DNA from: Eledone cirrhosa
Taxonomy: Eukaryota
Assembly: GCA_964016885.1 (NCBI GenBank)
Contig: OZ024740.1
Location: forward strand, 368,776,001-368,840,000
Length of the DNA: 64,000 bases
Direction of reading: 5' to 3'
The notes below the pieces were generated by a model that was not told the origin of the DNA, searched no databases, and saw nothing but the letters and a program-made list of their open reading frames with translations. Each line of letters opens with the position of its first letter. The stretch's first letter is position 1. Positions 27,060 to 42,192 of the stretch are shown one piece after another. A program made the translations under genes and the position numbers.

Positions 27060-30000
27060 GTATTAAACAGATCCTGAGACATCTCAACCGCCAATTACAC
27101 GTCCATAAGCGGACACTCTCAGAGCGGACACATCGACTGCCAATAGCACCCGGAGACTTGCTCCTAAAAATCACTAAAGCAATCGACCAGTGCTACCACT
27201 CCAGAGTCCAATACGAGAAAAAACGGCTCAAGCGAAAATATGAGTGGATCTTGTCGAAACGCCACAACGAGAACATCGACACTAACGAACAGACGGACCA
27301 GAACCACGTGGAAAACAACAACTTAACAACCGCCACCGCCGCAACCACCAACACCGAGCCATACCTCAACGATGCGACGCACCTGGTCACCGACCTAGCC
27401 GGCACTCTCACGAGCAACGAGCTGAAACTCCTACACCTCGGACCTAAGTTCATCGTCACACAACGTCTCGACGACAGACTCAAACTCAACAGCGAGGCCA
27501 ACTTTTGTCGAGCCCCTTACCAACTTAAATGGGTGACCGCTATCAACAGCGCCACAGATAACAGCACCGACGTAACCCACCCCAAGTTCCCCACTTACCA
27601 CCCCGACAACCCACTCCACCCCCCACCCACCAACCACGAACTCGACACTAAACTCATCAGGCTAAAACACTCCATCTCGGATATACTTCACAAACATACA
27701 CACACACGCACAACACATAACCTCACCAAATCTCAACTCACCACTCTCTCCAACCTAAAATCGAAAAACCTCATCTATCATCCCTCCGACAATGGAAAAG
27801 AATTCTGCGTCATCAGCAGAGAGGCCTACAACACCCTGGCCCTCCAACACCTTGACGATGACAACCTCTACTCCAAGGTCACGGGAATCACTCCCGCGCA
27901 GATAGAAGAACACATCAACTCCGCCTGGACCAACATCTGCGACCGGCGGAAGCTCCCGAAGAAGCTGAGATACAACCTCCTCACGAGGAACAGCAGACTA
28001 TCCGCCTTCTACCACCTCGTGAAAACACACAAACAGGGACCCGACCTGAAAATAAGGCCCATCGTATCGAGCGTGGAGGGACCACTCTACAAAATTTCAT
28101 GGCTCCTAGCCAGAATACTCAAACCCATCTTAGACACCTTGCCGGGACACGTTATCAGCTCCGAGGAGGTGTTGAAGCACCTGCATCAAATGGATCCCGA
28201 CACCAGAAGGAATAACAAATATGCCTTCAGCCTTGATGTAGTCGCTCTCTACACCTCGGTCCCGGCACTCCCGGCCGTCAATATACTAATGGAACGCGTC
28301 CAATCCACCGAATTACACTGCTTCGGGCTCACCACCACTGACATCCACCAACTCCTATCCATCGTCGTCGAAAACACCTACTTCGGATTCCTTGACAAAA
28401 TATACCAACAAACCTCAGGATTGCCTATGGGATCAAGCCTATCAGGTGTGCTACCGATCTCCTACATGGACAACCTCGAACGCAAGGCACTCAACGCCTG
28501 CCACCCCAACGCCGTAGCCTTTTTCTAAAGATACGTGGACGATATCCTCATCCTCACATCTTCCCAAGACACGGCGAACAGAATCTATGAGACGTTCAAC
28601 AACACGGACGAGAACATTGACTTCAGTGTTGAACACCCCAACGAAGACGGGTCACTTGCCCTCCTCGACTAACGAATCAACATCACGGAACAAGGAGGGA
28701 TCCACTGCAACTTCTACAGAAAGGCAGCCTGCAGGGACCTATTCGTTCACTACAAGTCCGCCCTCCCTAACAGTGCCAAAAGAGGATACATCACGAACGA
28801 GATCGCGCGAATCAAAAACAGATACAGCGATCCCGCGAGTAGTGTCACTCATACCAAGCGATTCCTCGAGGTGCTGGAGACGAACGGGTACCCTACCTCG
28901 ATCACAGACAGAATAGGAGACACCAGACGCAAGAGGCAGAGAAGCACCCAAGGCAAGTGCTTCCTTAAAATGCCACACCTGGGCGAGAAAACCCCCAACG
29001 CTATCCGCAAGGCTATACAGAGGGAGGGCCTCGACAGCCACCTGGCCCACTCGGGCCCCTCCCTGCGAAGATGCCTCTCCAGGAAACCCGAAAATCTACT
29101 GACGCATGCTCCCTCAGAGACTGCCCGATACGCCATGCTAACTGTTACCTACGCACGTACGTCGTGTATAAGATAGAATGTGACAGGTGCAACCAATACT
29201 ACATAGGTAGCACACTTCGACTTTTACACATCCGGATCAAGGAACACACTAAAACCAGGGCCTCGTCTTTCCGGAAACACATAGACAAATGCGGAAACAA
29301 AGACGGAAGGCCGATTGTCACAATTCTAGCGACTGAAAGAAACGTCGGCACGTTACGTATCAAGGAAGCGCTTTTTATCAAACGACTGCAACCGCAAATG
29401 AACAACCGATCAGAGAGAAGCGAAATGAAATGGCTGGTTTAAGTTAACAAGCGATGCAACAACACACAACACACACACACACACACACACGCAAACGAGG
29501 CAACTACACACACACACGCACACACACACACACAGTAGCATTCCACCATACGAACATACTACACTGCCAATACAGATGAACAAGGCAACAACACACACAC
29601 ACACACACACACACACTCAAGCGAGACAACAACACACGTACACACACACACAGTAACATTTAACAAACAGGCAGAGACTGGACTGACAGCTAGCGCCATA
29701 CCACTCCCTCATTCGGCCACTGACCTCTGTACGACCGACCCCATTTTACGCGCACGCGCGCTCTGCCGAATACCTCAGATATTCAAAATAACAAACAGCG
29801 AAAGATGCGTTCCGGACTTGTCCGAGAGACAACCTTTTCCCCCACCCCGGAAAAAAACCCCAGTTGATGGATGTGAATCCGAAATATATAGGGACTATTA
29901 AATCTCTCCCAAGGTAACTCTCTCTTGTGTTGTTATTTTTACTTTTATCCTTTATACTCTTCCCTTCATTCTACACATCTCACACATCTTATACACACCA

Positions 30001-30150
30001 CGCATCTCACGTACACCCACTTACATCTCTCTCTCCACCACCGGACTTTGTTACCCGGAGATTTACCCATTTGCATTGTCGAGGCTTCCAAACGACTTAA
30101 AGATATGTACTTATTGTTCCACAATGCTTCAAGCAAACTTCAATACTCTC
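27060..30150 (+). mobile_element. Near full-length Penelope/Poseidon-like PLE (RT plus GIY-YIG), few disablements
   Basis: LHLGPKF, SDNGKEFCVI, FYHLVKTHK...IRPIVS, SLDVVALYTSVP, YQQTSGLPMGSSLS, RYVDD (after TAA 28526), FYRK; VVYKIECDRCNQYYIGSTLRLLHIRIKEH...EALFIKRLQPQMN. Confidence 0.93.
29858..29893 (+). ncRNA. Hammerhead-like motif with variant core CAGUUGA
   Basis: ccc-CAGTTGA-t ggat gtga atcc-GAAAT at ATA-ggg; stems intact, two core substitutions. Confidence 0.65.
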
Positions 30151-30152
30151 TT

Positions 30153-30184
<32 letters not shown>

Positions 30185-30525
30185 AATAATACGATCGCGA
30201 ATACGAGCTGAGAGAGCTGGGATTCCTCCAATGGGTCTTTCGAGTAACGTTACTCGATAAAATGCGTAGCTCGGAGATCAGAGATTTACTCCAGGTAAAC
30301 CACTACTTATCCTAATTTATAGATCACACCTCCGAAAATATGTGCATATAGTTAGAATATCTCAGGAAAGAATCGCTGGACATATTTTAAAGGCAAAACC
30401 TACCAGCCAGAGACCCAGGGGTAGACTCTGATCAAGATGGTTGTATATCATCCATGACAAAACCCGCTGGAAGGATATTATTTGAGGACTCTGCCACCAA
30501 GAACACACACAGGAATAATTGGATA
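30185..30525 (+). mobile_element. RTE-type LINE 3' fragment
   Basis: VTLLDKMRSSEIRDLLQV...HIVRISQERIAGHILKAKPTSQRPRGR..RW; related to the 57-58 kb element. Confidence 0.7.
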
Positions 30526-33238
30526 TATATATATACATCTTAATTTATTCCCAGAAGCAACTGTAACTGGTCAGTCAAGAATGAGACAATTTATTACTAA
30601 GCCATATCAAACTACATTATAGTCTAGTACAATTCAAAATCTTTGAACTAATTTTGAAATTGTGGACACGAATTTGGTTGTTGCGAAACACGTCTTATCC
30701 GAATGAAAAATAAAATGGACAAAATGTAGAAATTATTGAAAAGGAACAGACATTTATCTGTATCCTCTATCATACACTCCAGATACTTACATCACCATAG
30801 ATACTAGGAAGTAAGCCATTATCTTGAAATAAAACGTAACAATATACACTTTAAGCAGACAACATAATTTGCCTTTGATAATATCACACCTATAATTCTC
30901 TTCCTTTTTGCACAGTCCTTCCTCGTAATCTATTTATTCATTACTATATGTAAACTGGGTGATCTGTAAATGTTCTATTATATTGACCTTATTTAAGCAA
31001 TATGCAACCGACAGATTCGAAACATTCCGTCCAAGGGAATTACAGACAATGTTGTTACGTTGGGTTCAGGAATATTATTATAATACAACCATACAGAAAG
31101 CAAGTATATCGGAAATCCGTGAAAACTGTTGATTCTCTACTAACTAACGAACATTTTTAATTGAACAAAATATTATAATTGAGGATAATTTAATAATATT
31201 TAATTGTATTTCATTAGAGGTGTGAAAATATGTTATTTATCGAGAAGAATAGACAAATCTAACGTGTTTGTCAAACTTCTATTTTCCATCATACTACCTA
31301 GTTCTGTAACACTAGCTTCGTCGTCTCAACTCGGTAAACAACAGAGTTGGCATCTGCAAATTCTCTTGCATAAAGAAAGGCTAAATAGGGAAGATTTGAA
31401 GCAGTAACAATAGTTGTACTTAGCAAACATTAAACAACAGAAACAGAAAACTACACGATGCAATAAAATTGTGCATAGAAGCAATAGCGAAACATTCAAA
31501 TCTTCTACAGAGGTACCTAACACTAAATTTTAGTAGATTGATCCTACCACATTGTAACATAATAATTGGTCACCCACCCTGAATGTGTGTTACTAAAGGT
31601 GATCTCGGAATTTGGTTAATCTGAGAAAATAAAATTGCGCAACACGTGTGTTTTATGCGATTTTTAAAATGCTGTAAACTCAACAGTTTTGATAACATTA
31701 ATAACCATTTGTAATATACGTTCAGAAATATTGCATTGTTTCTGTTTAGAAAAGTCGTTTAAACTGACTCGGTCATTTGATGGAACATACTTTTATCCAG
31801 AAAGATGAAATTTTCAGTCGATCTCGGTGGGGTTCGATATCAGAAGGTAAACTATTATCGCAACACATTTCTATAATATTTTAAGGTGTCACCCAATCCA
31901 CCACAAATCAGGATAATATCAATGATGACCAAATATGTAATGATTTGTACAGTAATAAAAAAAAATAATAATGTTGATAATCATGTCTGTGAAAATGAAA
32001 TTTATGTTGACATGAATGTCTTATGATTTTAAAATTAGACGACATGTGACACAATCATTTAGTGTTAGAAAACTAAATCAATACAAAATACATAACATAA
32101 TTACTCAAGAGAATGGTTATTTTAGAGAGACATAAAAGACAAAAACATTAAAGAAGAGAACGAGGAGCCTCAAATCAGATTTAGCCAAAGATTAATATTG
32201 GATGGCTTAAATATATATATACCTGCTCCTTTAATAGTGTCTGGACGTGTATGCCTCTTCCAATCTCTTTTTGTGCGACTCATCTAACTTTTCATGGGTG
32301 TTTCCTAACATTTAGTTTAAGCATTTGGATGGTAATATTTCATTAAATCTAATAGGAGGCTTCTCTCAATTATGCTCGTTTCATGCTTTTTGTATTTTAT
32401 ACATATCGAAAATAGAAATGTTCTCGGGAAATTACACACAAAGGATACATGCATACAAACAAACTAGCGCACACGCACGCACACACACACATACACACAC
32501 ACACACACACATACACACACACGCCACCCCACACCACTCCACACCACACCACACCATTCCACACCACACCATAACACACACACACACGTATATACATATA
32601 TATTGTTTTTAGATGAATGGGACTTCTGCAGGGCTAGAAATGTTATTTGTGTTTGTAATTATCAGTTATGACCCAGCCAGAAGACATTCTATAGGATATA
32701 TATATATACTAGCAGAAGTACCCGGCGTTGCCCGGGTGTAAGTCGACCTTTGGTCTGTTAGAATGTGTGAAAGTTACTTCCCGCGCATCACAGGTTCAAA
32801 ACTTCGAACTTCAATGGAAAAAAATAGGTTAGTAGACACAGGTGTGTAATTTATTAATTGTAGTTACACAGTGTATTGTTGAAATTGTTCTCTGCACGAC
32901 TGACAGAAGTCAAAATCGCTTGATATTGAATGTTCAGTTAATTTCAAGCAGGGTGAAAATGTCGATAACTTTCAGGGTTTTATTTTGTTACAATTTTTGC
33001 GCTCACATGTGCAGAAGAAGAATTAAAAGGGCCTTTATCTTAACCGCGGCATAATGGCGAGTCTTTTGTGACAGTTTTCAACAATATAGGACGTTCCTGT
33101 AAAAGGTTTTCCCATGTGTAACTTTGCCTTGTTTTTTGGCGCAAAGTCGAGCCCCGCTTCAGTTTTATTGATTTTTTACATCAATGCGTGATCTCTGAAG
33201 TAGATTTGAGTAGCTAAAAACCTGTCCCGGTAAATTTG

Positions 33239-33773
33239 CTATAGGTGAAAAAAAAGTTGATCAAAATTGTATCTAGGGTTATTGCTCTTTGCCACAACCT
33301 CAAGCCTCGTCTGACGGGATGTTGGTGATTCCTCCGTCAGCGCTTGTTGGCGACGAAGGCGAACATCAGCAAGTCTTGTCGTACGTGATGTTGGTGACTC
33401 AACCAGCCGGGAAAGACGTCTATCAGCGAGTCGAGATTCGCGCTCAGCAGGTGCTTCCTAGAGAAAATTAATTAATTCTACTGGTTAGCTAAGCCAATGG
33501 CAGTGTCAATAGTAAATGAGAAAAGTCTAACATGAACAAAAGGGAATCAAGGTAAGACAATACATTTAATATAACTACGATTAGAATGTTGTAGTTGCTT
33601 AAAAGTGGTGACAGTTAGGATAAACGCAATACTTGCTAACATTAAGGGAGAATATTGCATAAAGGATTAATCAATTGTGAATGAACTCATACCTGAGAAC
33701 GCCTAATTCGTTGTCTCAAAGCAATAGCTGTACCTTTTTTGGAGGTAAGTCTTGAACGTTTCCGTGTGGGCAT
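33239..33773 (-). CDS. Two-exon mini-ORF (33773-33693 joined to 33457-33239, 99 aa): RepHel-like N-terminus with STPR-like repeats
   Basis: MPTRKRSRLTSKKGTAIALRQRIRRSQ|gtatga...tttctctag|EAPAERESRLADRRLSRLVESPTSRTTRLADVRLRRQQALTEESPTSRQTRLE; phase-0 GT-AG intron of 235 nt. Confidence 0.65.
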
Positions 33774-33895
33774 CACGACGTGTAACGAAGCTGTTAGGTT
33801 AGAGACAGGTGATTAAATACAGAGAGAGATGACACCAGATTCGTTAGCGTGGTTACTGGTGAATGGGAAGGTTTGGAAATATGATTACAATAACT

Positions 33896-34153
33896 TACCG
33901 AATTTTCCCGTCTATAAATTGCACTTAAAATAATTAAATTTAATCAAAAAACAGCTCTGCGCTTTATACTCCGGTGAGCCTTATGTATAAATAATACAAT
34001 GGTAATCAATCACGGCTCGAACAGAAGTAATAGATTTAGACTAAAAGTAAAGAAGATAGCATTTTCTGGTTGGCCTTACACGCCGTTGCGCGGACCTGAT
34101 TTTAAATGATACGCCTTATATCCTGGTGAGCCTTATAGAGCGGAAAATATCTA
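33896..34153. mobile_element. Decayed Tc1/mariner (pogo-like) MITE inside the Helitron; second copy about 38936-39177
   Basis: ta-ccgaattttcccgtctataa...ttatagagcggaaaata-tcta imperfect TIRs with internal ccttata repeats. Confidence 0.55.
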
Positions 34154-35215
34154 TTGGAAATGAATACGAATTCATTACCAAGGTGTGACAAAATAGGCGT
34201 CTATACAGCGCCTGAAACAAACTTGTCCAAAACCCTAGGATTTTTCTCGTTAAGTATCCACCCAAAAGGAACCGTTTTTTAGTTACAAAAAATAACCAAA
34301 GTGTATAGTAGCTATATTTCTGACATATCATGCCAAAAAGAACAACATATTCAAAAAATGTTCTAAAGTACATTCAATCTCTCTTTTTGACCGATATCTT
34401 AATAAGCAAGTTATCGTTTTTTTATTGGCTGTCAGTGTCTATCTGCATACAGGTATGCACGTGTGCGCAATTAATTGAAAATACGCTCATAACATTTAGT
34501 CGTAAGCAGAACAAAAATGCCATTAGAGGTGGGCTAATAATGAAGACACAAAATCTGGTGAACTTACGTTTAAACACCCGAAAAGTTACTCACTTCCTGT
34601 GCAAAAGACTGTATTATAAATTAAGTAATTTTTTAGAATCTTTTGTTTCAAAAAGGAAAACATTGGTACGACGTAAATTTGTTTACTTGTATTGTATGTG
34701 TACAACACAACTTGGTCAACGTATTATTTAGTAATTTTTTTTTCAAAAAGCATGATTATTTAAGACTGTTTGAAAATTTACTCACAGCTTTTAGGTTCAC
34801 AAAAGACACCATTAAATTTGGTTCCCGTTTCAGATATGGATAATACTGTATTTCCACTTGAATAAGGTGGAATATGAAAAGATAAACTCTTTAATGGTCG
34901 GTCGTTTACTGAGACAGCTGGGAAGACATGCAGCTGGCCGTCCAATCAATAACGCACGTCCTTATATAGGCATATGAAATTTATTTTTATTGCGCCAGAT
35001 GTAAACTAAGAGTTCTTGTGTTCGAATTCACATAAAATTTCATTGGAATCGAAAAACATTCTGTCATAGGGCCCGATTGTCGATTTTTCGAAAATTTCAA
35101 GTAGCCTATCCCACTCTACGCGTTGAGTTTTATATATGTGTGAGGTTTCATGAAAATTGGATGAACGGTGTAGCCACCAAGTTCGGTACACTAAACAATG
35201 TCCATCTTCCCTTTA

Positions 35216-35379
<164 letters not shown>

Positions 35380-35385
35380 TATAGA

Positions 35386-35430
<45 letters not shown>

Positions 35431-36254
35431 AATCGTCCATCTCAATTGAAGTTTGAAAATTCAACAGCCGATAAAACAAACGAAGTCTCCAGGCAGGTAC
35501 CACTTACTTGAATTCAACAAAGAAAATCTTCTAACGTTATTCCATTTGATGAGCACGCATGTCAAACTTCAGCCCTGTGGAATTTTTAAAGGGACAGTTA
35601 TAGGCACTGCATAACGCGTATTTCAGGTTTGCAGTAATGATATGACTCCTGAGATGACTCTTTAGGCCAGCTTATGATCTAGCTGAAAAGCTGAAAAATT
35701 GTAATGAAGATATTGGTAGTTTATATGAATGGCTTTATGTTGATAATTCTGTTATCGAATTGCATACAATTGGTCTTGATAACAAATACTTCCTCCTATA
35801 AAGTTGAACAGCTGCATTGTTAATGCACGTTATTTATTGCTTCAAGACGAGTTTTAGCACTCAATTAGATTATCTATCCAAATATAGCTTAATTTATAAG
35901 TAAACCTCCACCATGTCATTGCCTTTCTCTCTATACCCTCTATATAGAAGTTAGACATGGACGCTTTCATCCAAACAACAAAGGTGCCCTGATGGCACCT
36001 ACACTGGCCTCCTTCAACGCATTCAGAACATAAGCTGGCGACATCTAACTTTGAAAGAAATATATGCCGGCCTCCCACGCATATCTGTCGTTGTACGTAA
36101 AAGAAGAATAAGATAGTCTGGCACTGCCATCGTTCCACCTATGAGGCTATGTACCCGTTAGTGCTTTGGAAACCACAAGCAGTCACTAATAACAGGGCGC
36201 AAGCTCTCCTATTCCGATGTCATCTCCAGAGATTATAATATTGAAATTCAGCAT

Positions 36255-36358
36255 TTGGCGGCGGCAACGAACGACAGAACCACGTGGAGATCGATTGTTG
36301 ATTCGATTCTGAATGAAGCCTCCGTATGATGATGATGATGATGATGATAATGATGATT
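36255..36358 (+). mobile_element. RTE-type LINE extreme 3' end with (GAT)n tail
   Basis: AAATNDRTTWRSIVD followed by gatgatgat repeats. Confidence 0.5.
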
Positions 36359-37494
36359 ATACCAGCGCTATATTTTCAAATAAATTCCATTTGAAATAAA
36401 ATCTACTAGTGGAAATCCTATTGTTAGTAAATTCTTACTTAAGAATCCCGCACGAAATGGGTGAAAATAGTCCTAATGTATATAAATAATCATATATCTC
36501 AGGTCAGCTCAAAACAATATTCATGTGATATTATTTGGTAAGATGGAATCTAGTTTATTTTCTCCATAAATGCGAAATTTAGAACAGAGAATACGTGTTC
36601 AGATATATATATATATATCTATAAATATTTCTATATATACATACACACACACACTCACACACATATGTATATATGTGTGTGTGTGTAAGTGTGTGCGTGT
36701 GTGCGTGTGTTTGTGTGTGTGTGTATGCATGTTGTATATATTTTTGTCTGTGTGTTTATCATATTGTCAACATAGCTGCGCACTCTAGGCTATAAGTTTG
36801 TATTTTGACGTACAAATATTGTAATATATTTGAGTAAGTACGTTAAGGCCGGAGCTGTACGGATTCTCTTCGACTAGCTTCGTAAACTAATATTTATTTC
36901 ATTTCGCTTGCGACGAATTTGCTTTTACTTGAATGTTGAATGGTCTTATATTAGTTTGATTTAGATATAATTTTGCAACTGTGATTTGGTTCTTTACATA
37001 AGGTGCCAGATCGAGGTTTTAGCTCATATTCAGTTTCTAAATTTCTCGCCAAAGTTTTTTGACACAATTGTTAGCGTTTTCACGAATACTTCTTCGAGTG
37101 TCACGTGTCACAACATACCACCACGTGGCTGAAGCTGCAACACTTGTGATGGCAGGTACTGTATGTGTTGTTTAGACAAACTTTACATTAGGGGGCCGAT
37201 GCAGCTCTCCGCTGAAGCCCTTCTCCAACGCCGACATATGTAATGCATATATTAATTAACTTCTGTGAACAATAGTCGCAGATTTGGAATTCTTATGAAC
37301 AGAGTGTAGCACAGAAACAGTTCAGTTATATATGTTATAACATATAATTACACAGTGTTAACCTATGCGTGAGGTATCTGTTATAAGTTATTATTTCAAA
37401 CGTATATACCTTATTTATATCATTTGGTAAGTGTACGTATTCCCTTCGTAAACACACACACACACACGCAGACAAACAAACACACGCAAACAAA

Positions 37495-37608
<114 letters not shown>

Positions 37609-37717
37609 TTGTATATTGAATAGTGTATGGGATGTTTATGAAGAACGTTTCGATATATATTTTTAAGTTTGTGACAAACGTCACACACCTAACTTTAGCA
37701 AAGGCAGGAAGAGGATG

Positions 37718-37749
<32 letters not shown>

Positions 37750-40254
37750 CTAGCAGAAGTACCCGGCGTTGCCCGGCTGTAAGTCGACCTTTGGTCTGTT
37801 AGAATGTGTGAAAGTTACTTCCCGCGCATCACAGGTTCAGAACTTCGAACTTCAATGTAAACAAATAGGTTAGTAGACACAGGTGTGTAATTTATTAATT
37901 GTAGTTACACAGTGTATCGTAGAAATTGTTCTCTGCACGACTGACGGAAGTCAAAATCGCTTGATATTGAATGTTCAGTTAAGTTAAAGCAGGGTGAAAA
38001 TGTCGATTAGTTTCAGGGTTTTTTTTTTTTACAATTTTTGCGCTCACATTTGCAGAAGAAGAATTAAAAGGGCCTTTATCTTAACCGCGACATAATGGCG
38101 AGTCTTTTGTGACAGTTTTCAACAATATAGGATGTTCCTGTAAAAGGTTTTCCCATGTGTAACTTTGCCTTGTTTTTTTGCGCAAAGTCGAGCCCCGCTT
38201 CAGTTTTATTGATTTTTTACATCAATGCGTGATCTCTGAAGTAGATTTGAGTAGCTAAAAACCTGTCCCGGTAAATTTGCTATAGGTGAAAAAATGTTAA
38301 TCGAAATTGTATCTAGGGTTATTGCCATTTGCCACAGCCTCAAGCCTCGTCTGACGGGATGTTGGTGATTCCTCCGTCAGCGCTTGTTGGCGATTAAGGC
38401 GAACATCAGCAAGCCTTGTCGTACGTGATGTTGGTGACTCAACCAACCGGGAAAGACGTCTATCAGCGAGTCGAGATTCGCGCTCAGCAGGTGTTTCCTA
38501 GAGAAAATTAATTAATTCTACTGGTTAGCTAAGCCAATGGCAGTGTCAATAGTAAATGAGAAAAGTTTAACATGAACAAAAGGGAATCAAGGTAAGACAA
38601 TGAATGTAATATAACTACGATTAGAATGTTGTAGTTGCTTAAAAGTGGTGACATTTAGGATAAACGCAGTACTTGCTAACATTAAGGGAGAATATTGCAT
38701 AAAAGATTAATCAATTGTGAATGAACTCATACCTGAGAACGCCTAATTCGTTGTCTCAAAGCAATAGCTGTACCTTTTTTGGAGGTAAGTCTTGAACGTT
38801 TCCGTGTGGGCATAACGACGTGTAACGAAGCTGTTAGGTTAGAGAGAGGTGATTAAATACAGAGAGAGATGGCACCAGATTCGTTAGCGTGGTTACTGGT
38901 GAATGGGAAGGTTTGGAAATATGATTACAATAGCTTACCGAATTTTCCAGTCTATAAATTGCACGTAAAATAATTAAATTTAATCAAACAACAGCTCTGC
39001 GCTTTATACTCCGGTGAGCCTTATGTATAAATAATACAATGGTAATCAATCACGGCTCTAACAGAAGTAATACATCTAGACTAAAAGTAAAGAAGATAGC
39101 ATTTTCTGGTTGCGCGGACCTGATTTTAAATGATACGCCTTATATCCTGGTGAGACTTGTCGAGCGGAAAATATCTATTCGAAAAGAATACGAATTCATG
39201 ACCAAGGTGTGACAAAATAGGCGTCTATACAGCGCCTGAAACAAACTTGTCCAAAACCCTAGGATTTTTCTCGTTAAGTATCCACCCAAAAGGAACGGTT
39301 TTTTAGTTACAAAAAATAACCAAAGTGTATAGTAACTATATTTCAGACATATCATGCCAAAAAGAACAATATATTCAAAAAATGTTCTAAAGTACATTTA
39401 ATCTCTCTTTTTGACCGATATCTTAATAAGCAAGTTATCGATTTTTTATTGGCTGTCAGTGTCTATCTGCATGCAGGTGTGCACGTGTGCGCAATTAATT
39501 GCAAATACGCTCATAACATTTAGTCGTTAGCAGAACAAAAAATGCCATTAGAGGTGGGCTAATAATGAAGACACAAACCCTGGTGAACTTACGTTTACAC
39601 ACCCGAAAAGTTACTCACTTCCTGTGCAAAAGACTGTATTATAAATTAAGTCCTTTTTTAGAATATTTTGTTTAAAAAAGGAAAACATTGGTACGACGTA
39701 AATTTTTTTTTACTTGTGTTGTATGTGTACAACACAACTTGGTCAACGTATTATTTAGTAATTTTTTTTTTCAAAAAGCATGATTATTTAAGACTGTTTG
39801 AAAATTTTCTCACAGCTTTTAAGTTCACAAAAGACACCATTAAATTTGGTTCCCTTTTCAGATAGGGATAATACTGTATTTCCACTTGAATAAGGTGGAA
39901 TATGAAAAGATAAACTCTTTAATGGTCCGTCGTTTACTGAGACAGCTGGGAAGACATGCAGCTGGCCGTCCAATCAATAACGCACGTCCTTATATAGGCA
40001 TATGAAATTTATTTTTATTGCGCCAGATGTAAACTAAGAGTTCTTGTGTTCGAATTCACATAAAATTTCATTGGAATCAAAAAACATCCGTGCCATAGGG
40101 CCCGATTATCGATTTTTCGAAAATTTCAAGTAGCCTATTCCACTCTACGCGTTGAGTTTTATATATGTGTGAGGTTTCATGAAAATTGGATGAACGGTGT
40201 AGCATGCAAGTTCGGTACACTAAACAATGTCCATCTTCCCATTATATGTATAGA
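37750..40254 (-). mobile_element. Complete non-autonomous Helitron, 2505 bp (copy B)
   Basis: - strand A|TCTATACATATAAT...hairpin-tacttctgCTAG|T. Confidence 0.92.
38298..38813 (-). CDS. Two-exon STPR-like mini-ORF, copy B (38813-38733 joined to 38497-38298)
   Basis: Exon 1 identical to copy A; exon 2 begins ETPAERESRL; splice sites conserved. Confidence 0.65.
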
Positions 40255-40899
40255 TATATATATATACAATAACTCTATCTCAACTACCTGTAGTCGGTAT
40301 ATTCGCAATAACCGAGAACGTTTACAAATTTCTATCTGTCTTGTTATGTACTGATCCATTTGTTTCTCTATATATTTATTCATAAGCATTTACTACGAAA
40401 CATAAGTAACATCACATAGCTACTACAGTTTACTGCCCACCGAATTTGTTTTCTCCTAAACTTACTAATGCATATTTTTAAAGATAATGTTGCAGAAATA
40501 AGTTTCAAACACGATTACGTTAAAATGTTGTTTAAAGAATGTAGATTTGCTTTTTATTTTGTTATTGGCATGTCATAAACGAAATAAATTTCCTGTAGAA
40601 TAAAATGACATTAGTTATTTTGAACATGAAATTGGAAAATGCGAAGAAAATTACTTCCGTGTTATGTTCAGCCTACCTAGAGATGTGGATTGAAAGTATT
40701 AGTGAACGGAAGGATCCAGACAAAGAAAATGTTTTCACTTCTTAATCGAAATATAAGATTGGAAGTATAAAGTCAAGCAAAACAAAAAATTCATTTTATT
40801 TCATCAACGTAATCGAAATTTGAACCCACAATTTAGTAACGTTGCATTTGCTGAAACCAAGTGAGAGCACAATAGACTATATGTCTCATTAAATAATTA

Positions 40900-42192
40900 C
40901 ATACGTTCCCCCCTATTTATTTGGATGTACCTATGTCCATCTGGATATCCTCCAGTGTAAATTAGACCTGGGATGGTTAGAATTCGCATTAACGTACTTG
41001 AGGCACTGGTTCGGCTTGCGTTACGGGTAGTAGAGGCCGGATTCTAGATTCAGGTAATGTCCAGGACGTTAACTATTTTTCTATTATCGTATATGTTTAC
41101 GAGAGTGAATAAAAACAACAACACTGCCATCTGGTGTGGCGGTTCAAGCATGACAACATGGGAGACACCTTGCCGTGGTCCAAGGTCGCTTCAGCCCAAC
41201 CCTACAGGGGACGAGGGCATGACTCTTATATTCTGTGTCACCGGGATTGTGGAGTTAACCGAGAGGGGAACACAGATTATCAATAAAAGGAGCAACCTGT
41301 TTAGCGCCTACCACCACAAATCAATTGGAACTTTCCTCAAAATGACTCTGCGGATTAACTGATTGAGGGCCAGTGCAAAGCTTCACCATGTCGGACATGG
41401 TTGCCACCATTGCTAGTATTAATACCGATGTAGTTACAACTGACTACTATTGTGATTATTGTAATGATTATTATGTTAGTACTGTTATTAATGTAAGAAT
41501 TTATTTACAGCGATCCGCACCACCAGGTCTTTTCTGTTGCCGTCGTCGCCGTGATGGATTCATTACTGGTGTTGTTGGTAGTGTTGCCGCTGTCTGACTC
41601 TCGGTAGGAGTGTACTCGCTGCCATTAGCTGGGTACTAATATCAATACTACTGCGAGGACCAATGTGGGCGATGTGGTGGTGTTGCTGTTTGTGCCGTTG
41701 ATATTGTTGTTGTCACAGTCGTTGTCACTGTTTCCTTGATGATAGTGTCATCAAGAGTTCCGTTTATTGCTGTTGTGGTTGTTGTTGTCATCGTCTTTTT
41801 TTTATTATCGTTGTTGTTCGGTGGGTATTACTCTCACTACGAATACAGAGTTCCGTTTTTTGCTTCCGCTATCTGCTGGAATCTGGCTACGCATAGATTA
41901 TTGTTTGATACAGATCAATAAAACACACTTGAGGGGTTACTCTTTTGCTGATTTACAACGCCAATTCCGTGGGGGAAGCGTCAATCCTGATTTCGCTAAT
42001 AGACACATGGTTAGCACTTTACTCATGTAAACACGACGGCTGCGAGACCCTTTCAGGAAATCATATGTCTGCTGGACGCACGAGCAAAAGGACTTGTGTT
42101 TTTTCCTGCCAGCACCATATCACAAAATCGAATTTCATCTGACGATACCTTTCTAATAACGACAAATGCATGAATTACATCATCATTATTTT
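40900..42192 (+). mobile_element. Highly decayed Hydra-like PLE 3' end with (GTT)-rich UTR and HHR remnant (42134-42174)
   Basis: QIINKRSNLFSAYHHK resembles LLNKRSELFS.C.HK; ttcat-CTGACGA...atgaa before a TA tract. Confidence 0.5.

Noticed and set aside
30240-30257. Perfect 18-bp palindrome tcgagtaacgttactcga
   Set aside because: Single occurrence inside an RTE coding remnant with no supporting context
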